Positions 40,415-50,334 of a DNA stretch of 64,000 nucleotides are shown piece by piece. How positions within the stretch are numbered: position 1 is the stretch's first letter; the number at the start of each line of letters is the position of its first letter. Below the pieces are notes generated by a model. The model was not told the DNA's origin. It did not search any database and saw only the letters and a program-made list of their open reading frames with translations. The position numbers and the translations under genes were made by a program. Source of the stretch: an uncultured Flavobacteriaceae bacterium (GTDB taxonomy: Bacteria > Bacteroidota > Bacteroidia > Flavobacteriales > Flavobacteriaceae); NCBI GenBank assembly GCA_964434565.1, contig CAYSVQ010000070.1, positions 16,980 to 80,979 of the forward strand, read 5' to 3'.

Positions 40415-41389
40415 TTGCAAAAAACAGACACCTTCAGGGCCCATTTTGATGCATATCTGAAGAGTCAGATAAGAATAAAGGAGCCGGCACAACTCTATGA
40501 ACCCATGTCTTATATATTGGGTCTGGGGGGGAAACGCCTTCGGCCGGTACTCACCCTGTTTGCAACAGATGCCCTGGGAGGCGATTACCACAAGGCTTTG
40601 CCGGCAGCTATGGCTTTAGAACTTTTCCATAACTTTTCCCTGGTACATGACGATATCATGGACGAGGCTCCGCTGCGCCGTGGGCATCCCACAGTTCACA
40701 AAAAGTGGGATATTAATACCGGCATCCTGTCCGGTGATGCCATGCTTATCTGTTCCTACCGGTTATTTGAGGGCTATGAGCCTGTATTATTCAAGGATCT
40801 GCTTCAACTCTTCAGCAAAACTGCCCTGGAGGTATGTGAAGGACAGCAGATGGACGTGGATTTTGAAAACCTTGAATCTGTTAGCATGGAACAGTATTTT
40901 CATATGATCCGCAGCAAAACGGCGGTACTGCTCGGCGCCTGTATGAAAGCGGGAGCTCTGGTCGCCGGGTCTGCAGCTCCCGTGCAGGAGGCGGCATATG
41001 ATTTCGGTTGCTATCTTGGGACGGCTTTTCAGTTGCAGGACGACTACCTGGATGCCTTTGGTGATCCTTTGTCTTTTGGAAAGCAGCCTGGGGGTGATAT
41101 TATTGCGAACAAAAAAACGTTTTTGTACATTAAATCGCATGAACTCGCCGATGCCGCCGGCGTGAAGGAACTGGAACACCTTTTTTCAATCAGGCCTCAG
41201 GATCCGGACGCTAAAATCAGGGCCGTTAAGGATATATACGAAAGTTCCGGTGCCAGACTGGCTGCCCGCGAGGAAATCGCCCGCTTTACTACCCTGGCTT
41301 TTACCCGGCTCAATGCAATGTCTCTGGACGCAACGACGGATGCAGGCTTCCGTGCCTTCGGGGAAACCCTCACAGATCGCAACACCTGA
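40415..41389 (+). CDS. Polyprenyl (geranylgeranyl/farnesyl-type) diphosphate synthase
   Basis: It has the first DDxxD motif (LVHDDIMD) and the second (QLQDDYLD). There is no in-frame ATG before residue 57 of the track ORF. The candidate starts are TTG 40415 (preferred, 324 aa), GTG 40388 and TTG 40337. Confidence 0.8.
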   Translation: MQKTDTFRAHFDAYLKSQIRIKEPAQLYEPMSYILGLGGKRLRPVLTLFATDALGGDYHKALPAAMALELFHNFSLVHDDIMDEAPLRRGHPTVHKKWDINTGILSGDAMLICSYRLFEGYEPVLFKDLLQLFSKTALEVCEGQQMDVDFENLESVSMEQYFHMIRSKTAVLLGACMKAGALVAGSAAPVQEAAYDFGCYLGTAFQLQDDYLDAFGDPLSFGKQPGGDIIANKKTFLYIKSHELADAAGVKELEHLFSIRPQDPDAKIRAVKDIYESSGARLAAREEIARFTTLAFTRLNAMSLDATTDAGFRAFGETLTDRNT

Positions 41390-41459
41390 TGTGGCTTTCT
41401 GATGTTTGCTGGCAAATGACATATAAGAGATGATGGTATTGATTGGAAAAGCCTGATGA

Positions 41460-42614
41460 TCATGGATTACGTCCGGTGATTCGGTTCAGGAGGGCGATAA
41501 GAAAATCTTTTTTCGGACAGGCTCCGATCACCATTAAATCTTCCCAAAGGCTGGTTTGTTCATCAAGGAATTTTAGAATGAGGGGTGCTTTTCTTTTGCT
41601 GAAGAGGGCTTCAAAAATTTTCCTGCCCTTCCTGTTATCGCGGGCGAGGATATCGAGCAGTAGCAGGTCGTACCACCAGAACCGGTTTTTTGTACCGAAA
41701 GACGACAGCCGTTTCCCTTCCCTGAGGTGTTGCAGGAGGGCGCCCGTTTTCCTGTAGGTGTTCATAAAGGTATAACCAGTACTTGGCTTCGCCCAGCCAC
41801 CGGCTGTACCGATATGCAAAATACGATCCGTATTAACTGCTGGAAAATCGTAGCAAGTCATGGGGATTTGCCCCTTTTCCTTTTCCAACACCCTGTAATT
41901 GCTGCAACCCAGCTTGTGCCGGATATAATGTTCAAGTGCCGCCTCGTATGCTGCATCCTGCAACAGCTCTGAAGAAAAGAGGGTGAATTCTACCAGGGCT
42001 TCCCTGTCTGAAAAGGGAAGGACATACATAAAGCGCGTATTCCCTTGTTGTTCAATGGAAAAATCCATGAAAGTGGCTGTTCGGGCATCAAAGACCGGGG
42101 TTTCCGAACGAATAAACCACCCTATAAAATGCTGTTGTAATACCGGGTATCGGGACTGAGCTTTAAGGTCCTTCCAGGAAAACAGACTGTTAAATACCAT
42201 TTGGCCGGAATAGTTTCCCTTGTTCGTGGTTACAAGCACCCCTTCGCCTTCCTCCCGCATAGCTGTTATCGTCCCGGCCTTCTGGCTGAGGTTAGGGTAG
42301 GAATTCAGCCTGTTATGATATTGCCTGTAAAAATCTGCCCCTCTCAGCATTTTATACGTGTATGGGGCTATGGGAAAACTTGCGCTATAAGTCTGGCCTG
42401 CGAAATAAAGGCGGTCCCAGGAGGCATGGATAATGGGATCCAAATCGCCTACCCCCGCTTCCCAAAAACACCAGGTGCGGTCGTTGCCTTTTACGGGATC
42501 CTTCTCAATAAGAAGAATGCTGTGGTTCCTGAAGTGTGGGTCTTTTCCCAGCGCATCTGCAAGGAGCAGCCCCGCTGCACCGGCACCAGCAATAATGATG
42601 TCGTATGAACCCAT
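41460..42614 (-). CDS. crtY: Lycopene cyclase-family protein
   Basis: 384 aa. The N-terminal YDIIIAGAGAAGLLLADAL is an FAD-binding motif, and the length and pattern match CrtY-type lycopene beta-cyclases. Confidence 0.8.
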   Translation of the reverse strand: MGSYDIIIAGAGAAGLLLADALGKDPHFRNHSILLIEKDPVKGNDRTWCFWEAGVGDLDPIIHASWDRLYFAGQTYSASFPIAPYTYKMLRGADFYRQYHNRLNSYPNLSQKAGTITAMREEGEGVLVTTNKGNYSGQMVFNSLFSWKDLKAQSRYPVLQQHFIGWFIRSETPVFDARTATFMDFSIEQQGNTRFMYVLPFSDREALVEFTLFSSELLQDAAYEAALEHYIRHKLGCSNYRVLEKEKGQIPMTCYDFPAVNTDRILHIGTAGGWAKPSTGYTFMNTYRKTGALLQHLREGKRLSSFGTKNRFWWYDLLLLDILARDNRKGRKIFEALFSKRKAPLILKFLDEQTSLWEDLMVIGACPKKDFLIALLNRITGRNP

Positions 42615-42661
42615 ATCCCCGCGTTATCCTGGGCGCAAAAGTACAAAGAACCTTTAACGAA

Positions 42662-44938
42662 TCAATCTATCCGGTAGCGCAATCCAAAAAACCCACGCAT
42701 GCCCTGATTAGGACCGAACACGTAAGAGGGATCAAAAGTAAGGGCATAGGGGTTGTCTGCGGTTGCAACCGCGTTACCCTGGCTGTCGAAGGTTACATTT
42801 TTGTCGAATGGGTCGCTGGCCCTCGCGATAATAAAAGGGTTCCCTTTATTAGGGGTCCAGTTGAGCAGGTTTTTAATGCCGGCGTAGAATTCCATACTGC
42901 CGATGCCTTTGTAGGTGAATTGTATATTCTGAATACTCCAGGCCCGGGAGTATTCCCGCCTTGGGTCGAGCTCCCCCAGCAAGGGCAGCCGCATTGGCCC
43001 GTAGAGGTTGCCGGTATAATCAACAGATATACGCGCGGCGCGGATTTCATAGGATATATTCCAGGTCGCCATGAATTTTTCGGTAAGTATCTGGCTTCTG
43101 GTTATCCCGTTATCTGTGTTGCTTACATCCTGCAGGGTGGCCCCCATCAGTAGTTTTAACCCATTGGGGAAGGCCATGTCGACATTGGCGCTTAACCCCC
43201 TGGAAACCGAGTTTCCATCGAGGTTATCGTAGATGATCAGGTTGGGATCCGTATCGTAATCCGGCAGAATAATGTTTTTGAAATAGGTATAAAATGCCGA
43301 TGCATCCAGCCCTATAAAGACCCCGCTGCCTGCATAGATCTTTTTAAGGAAGTTTAGATTTACGTTCAGGGATCGTTCGGGTTGCAGTTCTTCCGTAATT
43401 ACCACCTCTCTGGCACCTGTGAGTGCCGCATGTTCTTCTGTGAAGAGGTTGACGACCCTGAAGCCGGTACCGGCATTCAGCCGGAAGATGTCGTGGTCCG
43501 TTAGTTGCCATTTGTAGGCCATCCTGGGAGTATAAATATTGCCATGCCTGCGGTCGTTGTCATACCGTACGCCCAGTAATATCGAATGTTTTTTTGCAAG
43601 TTCTATTTCATCCTGAAGGAAGAGGCTCGGGATCCAAACCTTATCGGGGCTGTTCTGCCCACCTTGCTCGGTGGCGGTAGTATTGTCGTCATAATAATTG
43701 TAACGGATGGATGTACCAAGTAAGAGGTCGTGTTTGCCAAGGGTTTTGTCCCAGGTGAGTTGTCCGAATCCTATGCGTTGGTCTGCCAGATAGGGGAGGT
43801 CGCCATAAACGGAGTTCTGATGGTGGTTATTATAGGAGAAAGACAACATCAGCTTTTCATCTGTTGGCAACTGATATTTTCCCAGTACTTCCCACCGCCT
43901 GGTATAGATGCTTTCGCCATATACCTCATCGCCACCACGAAATTCCGGGGTCCACTGCATTTCGCCCCCCCATCTGTCTTCATAGAAGAATCGCCCGGCT
44001 AAGTTGAAAATCCGTGCGTTATCGCGGGTAAAATTCCATTTCTGGAACAGCGAGATGCGTTCCTGCAGGGTTAGGTCTGTAAAGTTATCCCCGTTCTGGT
44101 CTACAGGCTGGTCATAATTGAAATAATTCACCCCCAATAGTAAATTGGTATGTTCCCCGAAAGAAATCTTGGTACCTATGTCGAGGTTGTATTCACCCCA
44201 CCCGGTAACAAAACCGTCGGCAAAGAATTCGGGGGCGCTCAGGTTGTTTCTGGTAATTATATTGATCAGGCCGCCAACGGCTTCACTTCCGTATAAGGTT
44301 GAAGCGGGGCCTTTGATAATTTCGATCTGCTCTATAAGGGAATTGGGGATGCCCGAGAGGCCGTAAACCGTGCCCAGGCCGCTAACAATGGGCATCCCGT
44401 CAATGAGGACAAGGGTATACGGACCTTCCAGGCCGTTGATATGTATATCGCCTGTATTGCAGACGTTGCAGTTAATCTGAGGTCTTACTCCATTCACGTT
44501 CTGCAGGGCTTCAAAAATGCTTGGCGTGGGGTTTTTTCTCAGGAAGGCAGGAGAATAAACCTCTACCGGGACCGGGCTTTCGAGGCGGCTAACAGGTTTA
44601 AGGGTACCCGTAACTACGGTTTCTTCCAGGCTTTCAGCACTTGGTTCCATGCTGAATGAAAGCGTAAGGCTTTCATTTTCCCCAAGGCTGATGGCACGGC
44701 GCTGAGATAGGTAACCCATTGCGGAAGCTATAAGAACATAGTCGCCTGCAGCAAGTTCTTCCAGAAGATAGTGGCCATCGTGGTCGGTAGAGCTGCCCGT
44801 TCCCTCGTCTTTAAGGTATACATTAACAAAGGGTATCGGTTCCCCTTTGTCTGTTATGACACCTCCGACAGATGCTTGCTGCCCCATAGTAACAAGGGGA
44901 AGCAGCATCAGGAAAAAGACTGGGCTAAAAGCACGCAT
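42662..44938 (-). CDS. TonB-dependent receptor with CarboxypepD_reg N-domain (metal-uptake candidate)
   Basis: 758 aa. It has a signal peptide, GGVITDKGEPIPFVNVYLKD, plug motifs and a C-terminal barrel ending in RYRID. It is divergent from a DtxR/MntR-like regulator. Confidence 0.88.
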   Translation of the reverse strand: MRAFSPVFFLMLLPLVTMGQQASVGGVITDKGEPIPFVNVYLKDEGTGSSTDHDGHYLLEELAAGDYVLIASAMGYLSQRRAISLGENESLTLSFSMEPSAESLEETVVTGTLKPVSRLESPVPVEVYSPAFLRKNPTPSIFEALQNVNGVRPQINCNVCNTGDIHINGLEGPYTLVLIDGMPIVSGLGTVYGLSGIPNSLIEQIEIIKGPASTLYGSEAVGGLINIITRNNLSAPEFFADGFVTGWGEYNLDIGTKISFGEHTNLLLGVNYFNYDQPVDQNGDNFTDLTLQERISLFQKWNFTRDNARIFNLAGRFFYEDRWGGEMQWTPEFRGGDEVYGESIYTRRWEVLGKYQLPTDEKLMLSFSYNNHHQNSVYGDLPYLADQRIGFGQLTWDKTLGKHDLLLGTSIRYNYYDDNTTATEQGGQNSPDKVWIPSLFLQDEIELAKKHSILLGVRYDNDRRHGNIYTPRMAYKWQLTDHDIFRLNAGTGFRVVNLFTEEHAALTGAREVVITEELQPERSLNVNLNFLKKIYAGSGVFIGLDASAFYTYFKNIILPDYDTDPNLIIYDNLDGNSVSRGLSANVDMAFPNGLKLLMGATLQDVSNTDNGITRSQILTEKFMATWNISYEIRAARISVDYTGNLYGPMRLPLLGELDPRREYSRAWSIQNIQFTYKGIGSMEFYAGIKNLLNWTPNKGNPFIIARASDPFDKNVTFDSQGNAVATADNPYALTFDPSYVFGPNQGMRGFFGLRYRID

Positions 44939-44960
44939 TTTATAATTGTATAAATTAAAA

Positions 44961-44976
44961 TTTAGACAAATCTAAA
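44961..44976. promoter_or_regulatory. Candidate operator palindrome in the divergent promoter region
   Basis: TTTAGA-CAAA-TCTAAA is a 6-bp perfect inverted repeat with AT-rich imperfect extensions. It is the only obvious dyad in the ~60-86 bp between the receptor gene and the regulator gene. Confidence 0.4.
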
Positions 44977-45024
44977 TATTTGTTTTTACAAATAAAAATG
45001 TATTTTTGCTTAAATATCAATGGC

Positions 45025-45684
45025 GTGACCCATTCCGAGGAAAACTACCTGAAAGCTATCTTCCACCTTGGCGGGCTAGACGGCGCTGTGATCAGCACCA
45101 ATGCCATCGCCGAACAGATGGAAACAAAGCCCTCGTCCGTAACTGATATGGTTAAGAAACTATCCGAGAAAGGGCTGGTAAACTATAAGAAATACCAGGG
45201 GGTTTCTCTAACCGCTACGGGTCGTACAACAGCCCTTGCCGTCATCAGGAAACACCGCCTGTGGGAAGTTTTCCTGGTTGAAAAGCTCGATTTCAGCTGG
45301 GATGAGGTTCATGTAGTAGCCGAACAACTCGAACATATCAAAAGTGAGAAGCTCATAGACCGGCTCGACCAGCTGCTGGAATTCCCTAAATATGATCCTC
45401 ATGGCGATCCCATTCCCGGGAAGAACGGCGAGTTCCAGGAAAGAGACAAGCTGTTACTGAGCAAAATGCCGCTTATGGGCAAAGGAGTCTGTGTAGGCGT
45501 TAAGGACTCTTCCGCAACCTTTCTGAAATTCCTCGATAAAAACAATATTGCCCTTGGCAAGATGATTGAAGTACTGGACAAGGAAGATTTTGATCACTCA
45601 CTCCATATCAGGGTGGGGGGTAAATTACTTCAAATCTCCCACCAGATAGCCGCCAACCTTTATGTGAAACCCAACGAGAAATAA
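45025..45684 (+). CDS. DtxR/MntR-family metal-dependent transcriptional regulator with C-terminal FeoA-like domain
   Basis: The motifs SEENYLKAIFHL and the HTH ISTNAIAEQMETKPSSVTDMVKKL are present, with metal-binding region residues. Preferred start is GTG 45025 (M-THSEENYLK). ATG 44998 and TTG 44980 are alternatives. Confidence 0.82.
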   Translation: MTHSEENYLKAIFHLGGLDGAVISTNAIAEQMETKPSSVTDMVKKLSEKGLVNYKKYQGVSLTATGRTTALAVIRKHRLWEVFLVEKLDFSWDEVHVVAEQLEHIKSEKLIDRLDQLLEFPKYDPHGDPIPGKNGEFQERDKLLLSKMPLMGKGVCVGVKDSSATFLKFLDKNNIALGKMIEVLDKEDFDHSLHIRVGGKLLQISHQIAANLYVKPNEK

Positions 45685-46505
45685 TGGAACAAATCCTAGC
45701 CTATTTCGAGACTATCAACCCTATAATGGCAGCATTCCTTGCTACCCTTTTTACCTGGGGGCTGACGGCTCTGGGCGCAGCTCTTGTATTTCTTTTTAAA
45801 GGCGCGAACCGTGCTTTGATGGACGCCATGCTGGGGTTTACCGGTGGGGTTATGGTGGCAGCCAGCTTTTGGAGCCTTTTGGCCCCGGGGATAGCAATGA
45901 GCCCTGGCGAGGGATTCATAAAAGTTATCCCCGCAGCAGTCGGCTTTCTGTTGGGGGCCATTTTTATATTTGGCCTCGATAAGATCCTTCCACATTTGCA
46001 TATCAATTTTAAGGAAAGCGAAAAGGAAGGGCTTGCAACCCCCTGGAGGCGTACAACCCTGCTGACCCTGGCGATAACCTTACACAATATCCCGGAAGGT
46101 CTGGCGGTGGGAGTCCTTTTCGGCGGAGTGGCCGCAGGATTTGAAGGGGCCACCATAAGTGGTGCCGTGGCACTTGCAATTGGGATTGGCCTTCAGAATT
46201 TTCCCGAAGGTTTCGCGGTTGCCATGCCGCTTCGAAGGCACGGCTTAAGCCGGTTTAAAAGTTTTTTATACGGCCAGGCTTCCGCTATTGTGGAACCATT
46301 TGCCGCGGTACTTGGTGCCTGGGCCGTGCTTACATTCGAACCGCTGCTACCTTATGCCCTTTCGTTTGCAGCCGGGGCTATGATTTTTGTCGTAGTGGAG
46401 GAAGTGATTCCTGAAACCCAGCAGGATAAGTATACAGATCTGGCAACCATGGGCTTTATCGGGGGTTTTATTATTATGATGGCCCTTGATGTGGGCCTGG
46501 GATAA
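45684..46505 (+). CDS. ZIP-family divalent metal transporter (ZupT-like)
   Basis: 273 aa with HNIPEGLAVG and QNFPEGFAV motifs. Its ATG overlaps the regulator stop (TAATG). Confidence 0.88.
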   Translation: MEQILAYFETINPIMAAFLATLFTWGLTALGAALVFLFKGANRALMDAMLGFTGGVMVAASFWSLLAPGIAMSPGEGFIKVIPAAVGFLLGAIFIFGLDKILPHLHINFKESEKEGLATPWRRTTLLTLAITLHNIPEGLAVGVLFGGVAAGFEGATISGAVALAIGIGLQNFPEGFAVAMPLRRHGLSRFKSFLYGQASAIVEPFAAVLGAWAVLTFEPLLPYALSFAAGAMIFVVVEEVIPETQQDKYTDLATMGFIGGFIIMMALDVGLG

Positions 46506-46541
46506 TCCTGTAGTAAATAGCGCTAGGCTATTACTACAGGA
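46506..46541. terminator. Bidirectional terminator hairpin
   Basis: TCCTGTAGTAAATAGC ... GCTATTACTACAGGA forms a ~15-bp stem with one bulge between convergent genes. Confidence 0.7.
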
Positions 46542-46554
46542 CTTCAATTAAAAC

Positions 46555-47079
46555 TTACCGGCCCTGGCTCCAGGGCGGGGTAACCCCATTAGACCGGGCG
46601 TAGGCAATCAATTGGCCCTTGTGTTCTGCAGCGTGCTCCATGGCAAGCAACAGGGCGCCTAAATTGGTAGACTTCATAAAGCCGAAATCAACTTCATCTT
46701 CAAAATTGCTTGCTTCGACCTGGTCCGTCACCCCTTTAATGTATTCGGCTGACTTTTTGAATTCCGCAATGATCATGTCTTTTCCTTTTACGGCCTCCAG
46801 ATTCTCTATATCCACCTCTTCCGGCGGAGGGGGGGCAGCGGTCAATTTAGACCCAAAGAAATAATTGGCGGAAACGACATGCATGATGGTTTCGCCAACG
46901 GATCGGACCCCCTCTTCGGGCCTCCAGTCATACTGATCTTCACTGAAGGCTTCCGCCAGTTGAAGGATCTGTCCGTGGCTGTAATCCAGCCACCCTTTGA
47001 TGTTAGACTGAACAATGGTGTCCTGGCTGTACGCTGAAAGTGCGAAGACACTCAGCAAAAGGGTTAATAATTTTCTCAT
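46555..47079 (-). CDS. DinB-family protein, secreted
   Basis: 174 aa with a signal peptide and a DinB_2-type His pattern (HVVSANYFF ... MEHAAEHKGQL). Confidence 0.7.
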   Translation of the reverse strand: MRKLLTLLLSVFALSAYSQDTIVQSNIKGWLDYSHGQILQLAEAFSEDQYDWRPEEGVRSVGETIMHVVSANYFFGSKLTAAPPPPEEVDIENLEAVKGKDMIIAEFKKSAEYIKGVTDQVEASNFEDEVDFGFMKSTNLGALLLAMEHAAEHKGQLIAYARSNGVTPPWSQGR

Positions 47080-47315
47080 TTTCCAGTATTTAAATTATTG
47101 AATTTCTGAAAGTGGTCATGCCACCTGAACTATCAAATATAGTAAAATGACCTTGATCTTTTAGATGTCCTTTCTTACTATTTACCGTCCGGGTGCACTC
47201 CAAAACAATGACAGCTGCAAACATGGCGGAAGTATTGCATTGTTGGGAGGTAAGAAATGATGGTAAATAGTACCTTTGGAAAATGCTAAAAAGGTACCAA
47301 CCTAAAATTTGAATC

Positions 47316-49355
47316 ATGCGATACATTTTCATACTGATCTTTTGCCTTTGCAATGAAATGGCCACCGGACAGTCTGCTTTCTTTCAACCGCTGGATGTAT
47401 TCGAGCTGCAGTACGTGCAGGATCCGCAGATCGCACCCGACGGAGCAAAAGTGGTTTACCGCCGGATGGGGTTCGATATTATCAACGATAAAGCTGTGGG
47501 AAACCTTTGGATGGTTAACTCAGACGGATCCTCCCACCAGAAGCTTACTTCCAGGGAAACAGACGAATCAAGTCCGCGATGGTCGCCCTCAGGAGATCGC
47601 CTGGCCTTTATTAGCCCTACAGACCAGGGTTCCGAAATATTTATTTACTGGCTTGCTTCTGGCAGGATCGCAAAGATCTCCAGCCTTCTGCATAGCCCGC
47701 AATCCCTGACATGGTCGCCCGACGGCTCCATGCTCGCCTTCGCGATGCATGTGGATAAGAAGCCTCCGGAACTGGCGAAAATGCCCGAGAAACCAAAAGG
47801 GGCCAAATGGGCCGAAGCTGCCAGGATCACAGACCGCGTTTATCATGAAGCCGATGGCCGTGGCTACCTCCCGCCCGGATTCGACCACCTCTTTGTTATC
47901 CCGGCCGAAGGTGGCCCTGCCCGGCAGATTAGCTCTGGCGACTTTGATCATGACGGCACCCTTGCATGGTCTGCAGACGCGGCTACCTTGTATGTTTCCG
48001 CCAATCGCAATGCCGATTGGGAGTACGATTTCCGCAATAGTGAAATTTACGCATTCACTGTCGCCGATGGATCCGTTAAGGCCCTTACGGACAGGAATGG
48101 TCCTGATGAATCGCCTGCAGTATCTCCCGATGGAAAAAGCATTGCATACCTCGGTTTTGACGATAGGGTACAAACCTACCAGGTAAATAAACTTTATATT
48201 ATGGACGCGGACGGTACCCGGAAAAGGGAAATCCCGCTTACGCTGGACAGAGAAATCTCCGATCTCAAATGGGATGCCCGTGGCAAAGGCCTGTATGCGA
48301 GCTATGACGATAAGGGCAATACCAAAATAGCACATATAGGATTGGAAGGGAATGTGGAAAGGCTTGGCGAAAACCTTGGGGGAACCTCTATCGGCCGGCC
48401 TTATTCCGGTGGTTCTTTCAGCGTTTCAGGCGAGGGGATTATTGCCTATACCCATAGCCGTCCTGAATACCCCGCCGAACTGGCCATCCTTAAGGCCAAA
48501 GAGAAGCAGCCCTCAATAATCACGACGCTTAACAATGCCCTTCTCAACTTCAGGCAACTTGGGAAAGTGGAAGAGATATGGTACAAATCTACGGTCGACC
48601 AGCGTGATATACAGGGATGGTTGGTATACCCGCCAGATTATAACCCCTCCCGAAAATACCCCTTGCTTGTTGAAAATCACGGGGGTCCCATCGCCAATTA
48701 CGGCGACCGATTTTCCGCGGAACTCCAGCTCTATGCGGCGGCAGGCTATATAGTTTTCTATCCCAACCCACGGGGAAGTACCAGTTATGGGGAGGAATTC
48801 GGAAACCTGCTTTACCATAATTACCCCGGTGATGATTACAACGATGTTATGGACGGGGTGGATCATTGCATCTCCAGGGGAGTTGCTCACGAAGACCAGC
48901 TCTATGTTACCGGCGGAAGCGCAGGAGGGATCATGACCGCGTGGATAGTGGGTAAAAACAACAGGTTTGAGGCTGCGGTAGTGGCCAAACCTGTTGCGAA
49001 CTGGATCAGCAAGACCCTTATGGCCGATAATTATTTTAACTACGCCAACAGCAGATTCCCCGGCCAGCCCTGGGAAAATTTCGAGACCTACTGGAAATTC
49101 TCGCCATTGTCTCTGGTTGCCAATGTGGAAACCCCAACCATGGTTATGGTGGGCATGGACGACCTGAGGACTCCGCCCAGCGAAGCCAAACAATTATACC
49201 ACGCACTAAAATTACGCAAGGTAGAGACTTTATTGGTAGAGATTCCGGGAGCCGGACATGGTATTGCCAATCGGCCCAGTAACCTTATTGCGAAGGTTGC
49301 CCACACCCTTGCCTGGTTCGGGAAGTATAAAGGACAAGGGGAAGAATTTAAATAG
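47316..49355 (+). CDS. S9-family serine peptidase (prolyl oligopeptidase/acylaminoacyl-peptidase type)
   Basis: 679 aa with a signal peptide and an N-terminal beta-propeller (repeated SP.WSPDG motifs). The catalytic GGSAGG nucleophile elbow is present, with downstream D and H (GAGHG). Confidence 0.9.
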   Translation: MRYIFILIFCLCNEMATGQSAFFQPLDVFELQYVQDPQIAPDGAKVVYRRMGFDIINDKAVGNLWMVNSDGSSHQKLTSRETDESSPRWSPSGDRLAFISPTDQGSEIFIYWLASGRIAKISSLLHSPQSLTWSPDGSMLAFAMHVDKKPPELAKMPEKPKGAKWAEAARITDRVYHEADGRGYLPPGFDHLFVIPAEGGPARQISSGDFDHDGTLAWSADAATLYVSANRNADWEYDFRNSEIYAFTVADGSVKALTDRNGPDESPAVSPDGKSIAYLGFDDRVQTYQVNKLYIMDADGTRKREIPLTLDREISDLKWDARGKGLYASYDDKGNTKIAHIGLEGNVERLGENLGGTSIGRPYSGGSFSVSGEGIIAYTHSRPEYPAELAILKAKEKQPSIITTLNNALLNFRQLGKVEEIWYKSTVDQRDIQGWLVYPPDYNPSRKYPLLVENHGGPIANYGDRFSAELQLYAAAGYIVFYPNPRGSTSYGEEFGNLLYHNYPGDDYNDVMDGVDHCISRGVAHEDQLYVTGGSAGGIMTAWIVGKNNRFEAAVVAKPVANWISKTLMADNYFNYANSRFPGQPWENFETYWKFSPLSLVANVETPTMVMVGMDDLRTPPSEAKQLYHALKLRKVETLLVEIPGAGHGIANRPSNLIAKVAHTLAWFGKYKGQGEEFK

Positions 49356-49421
49356 GATAGCGATAAAAATTTTTAACGAAATCCTGCGTTGCAGTAATAC
49401 CACATTATATACACAGAAGGC

Positions 49422-49868
49422 ATGAGCTGGAAGAAAAGGCATTGGTTTTGGAACGCACTTATAGTCTTAACCCTGATTATCTGTGCCCTGGCTTTCACGG
49501 CACATTATAAGAACTGGGTTAGAATCGGGGAGGACCGTATTGAAGTGTTGTCAGGGATTTATTACCGTGAACTACCCTATGCCGGACTCGACAGCGTGAC
49601 AATGGTTCAGAAAATCCCTTCCATGGAAAGGGTAAACGGCTTTTCGGCTTGGATGAAGGAGAAGGGGGTGTTTAAAGACTCCCTGAACCCGGCTAAGAAT
49701 GTATATGTTTTTGTTGATGACCTGAGCGATCCCAAGATAAAACTGGTACAACACGATTCCCTGGTTGTATTCCTGAATTTTGCCGATACCACCGAAACCA
49801 GGCAAATGTATGAATTCCTGCAAGCCCGTAAATCACATGAAAACACCGGTCTCTTACCAGACAATTAA
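49422..49868 (+). CDS. Hypothetical membrane-anchored protein
   Basis: 148 aa with one N-terminal TM span. I recognise no family. Confidence 0.55.
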   Translation: MSWKKRHWFWNALIVLTLIICALAFTAHYKNWVRIGEDRIEVLSGIYYRELPYAGLDSVTMVQKIPSMERVNGFSAWMKEKGVFKDSLNPAKNVYVFVDDLSDPKIKLVQHDSLVVFLNFADTTETRQMYEFLQARKSHENTGLLPDN

Positions 49869-49894
49869 GCCTATATTTACAGAAACTGCAGAGA

Positions 49895-50302
49895 ATGAAA
49901 AAATTACTGGCTTTCTTGGTTTTTTTACCCTTCTTTGCTACTGCCCAGAATAAACTTTCCATTACGGTGGTAGGGGTGAAATCATCCTCAGGCAGCATAA
50001 ACGTTGCCGTATATAACAAATCGGAAGGCTTTCTGAAATTCGATGAGGTGTACAAGAGCGACAGCGCCCGGGCCATTAAAGGCACCACGCATATAGCTAT
50101 ATACGGCCTTCCCGAAGGCGTATACGCCCTCGCTGTCTTTCACGATGAAAACGGGAATAATGAACTGGATACCAACTGGCTGGGGATGCCCAAAGAATCA
50201 TTTGGCTTTTCAAGGGGGAGGATGAAGGCTTTCGGCCCGCCAAGCTTCAGGGAATGCGCCCTGAGGATTAATGCCGATAGCGAAATCCGTATCATTCTTT
50301 AG
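49895..50302 (+). CDS. DUF2141-domain protein, secreted
   Basis: 135 aa with a signal peptide. The motifs G.I.VAVYN and DENGNNELDTNWLGMPKE.FGFS are typical of DUF2141. Confidence 0.75.
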   Translation: MKKLLAFLVFLPFFATAQNKLSITVVGVKSSSGSINVAVYNKSEGFLKFDEVYKSDSARAIKGTTHIAIYGLPEGVYALAVFHDENGNNELDTNWLGMPKESFGFSRGRMKAFGPPSFRECALRINADSEIRIIL

Positions 50303-50334
50303 GCTTGCCAAATTTAAGGCAGCCACCCGGCGCT

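Noticed and set aside
40415-42614. A carotenoid biosynthesis gene cluster
   Set aside because: Only a polyprenyl synthase and a lycopene cyclase are present, and they are convergent rather than co-transcribed. No crtI, crtB or crtZ is in the window, and the prenyl synthase could serve quinone or other isoprenoid synthesis.
47090-47365. 91-aa minus-strand ORF in the DinB / S9 peptidase intergenic region
   Set aside because: It overlaps the S9 peptidase signal-peptide region antisense, has no recognisable family, and probably spans promoter DNA.
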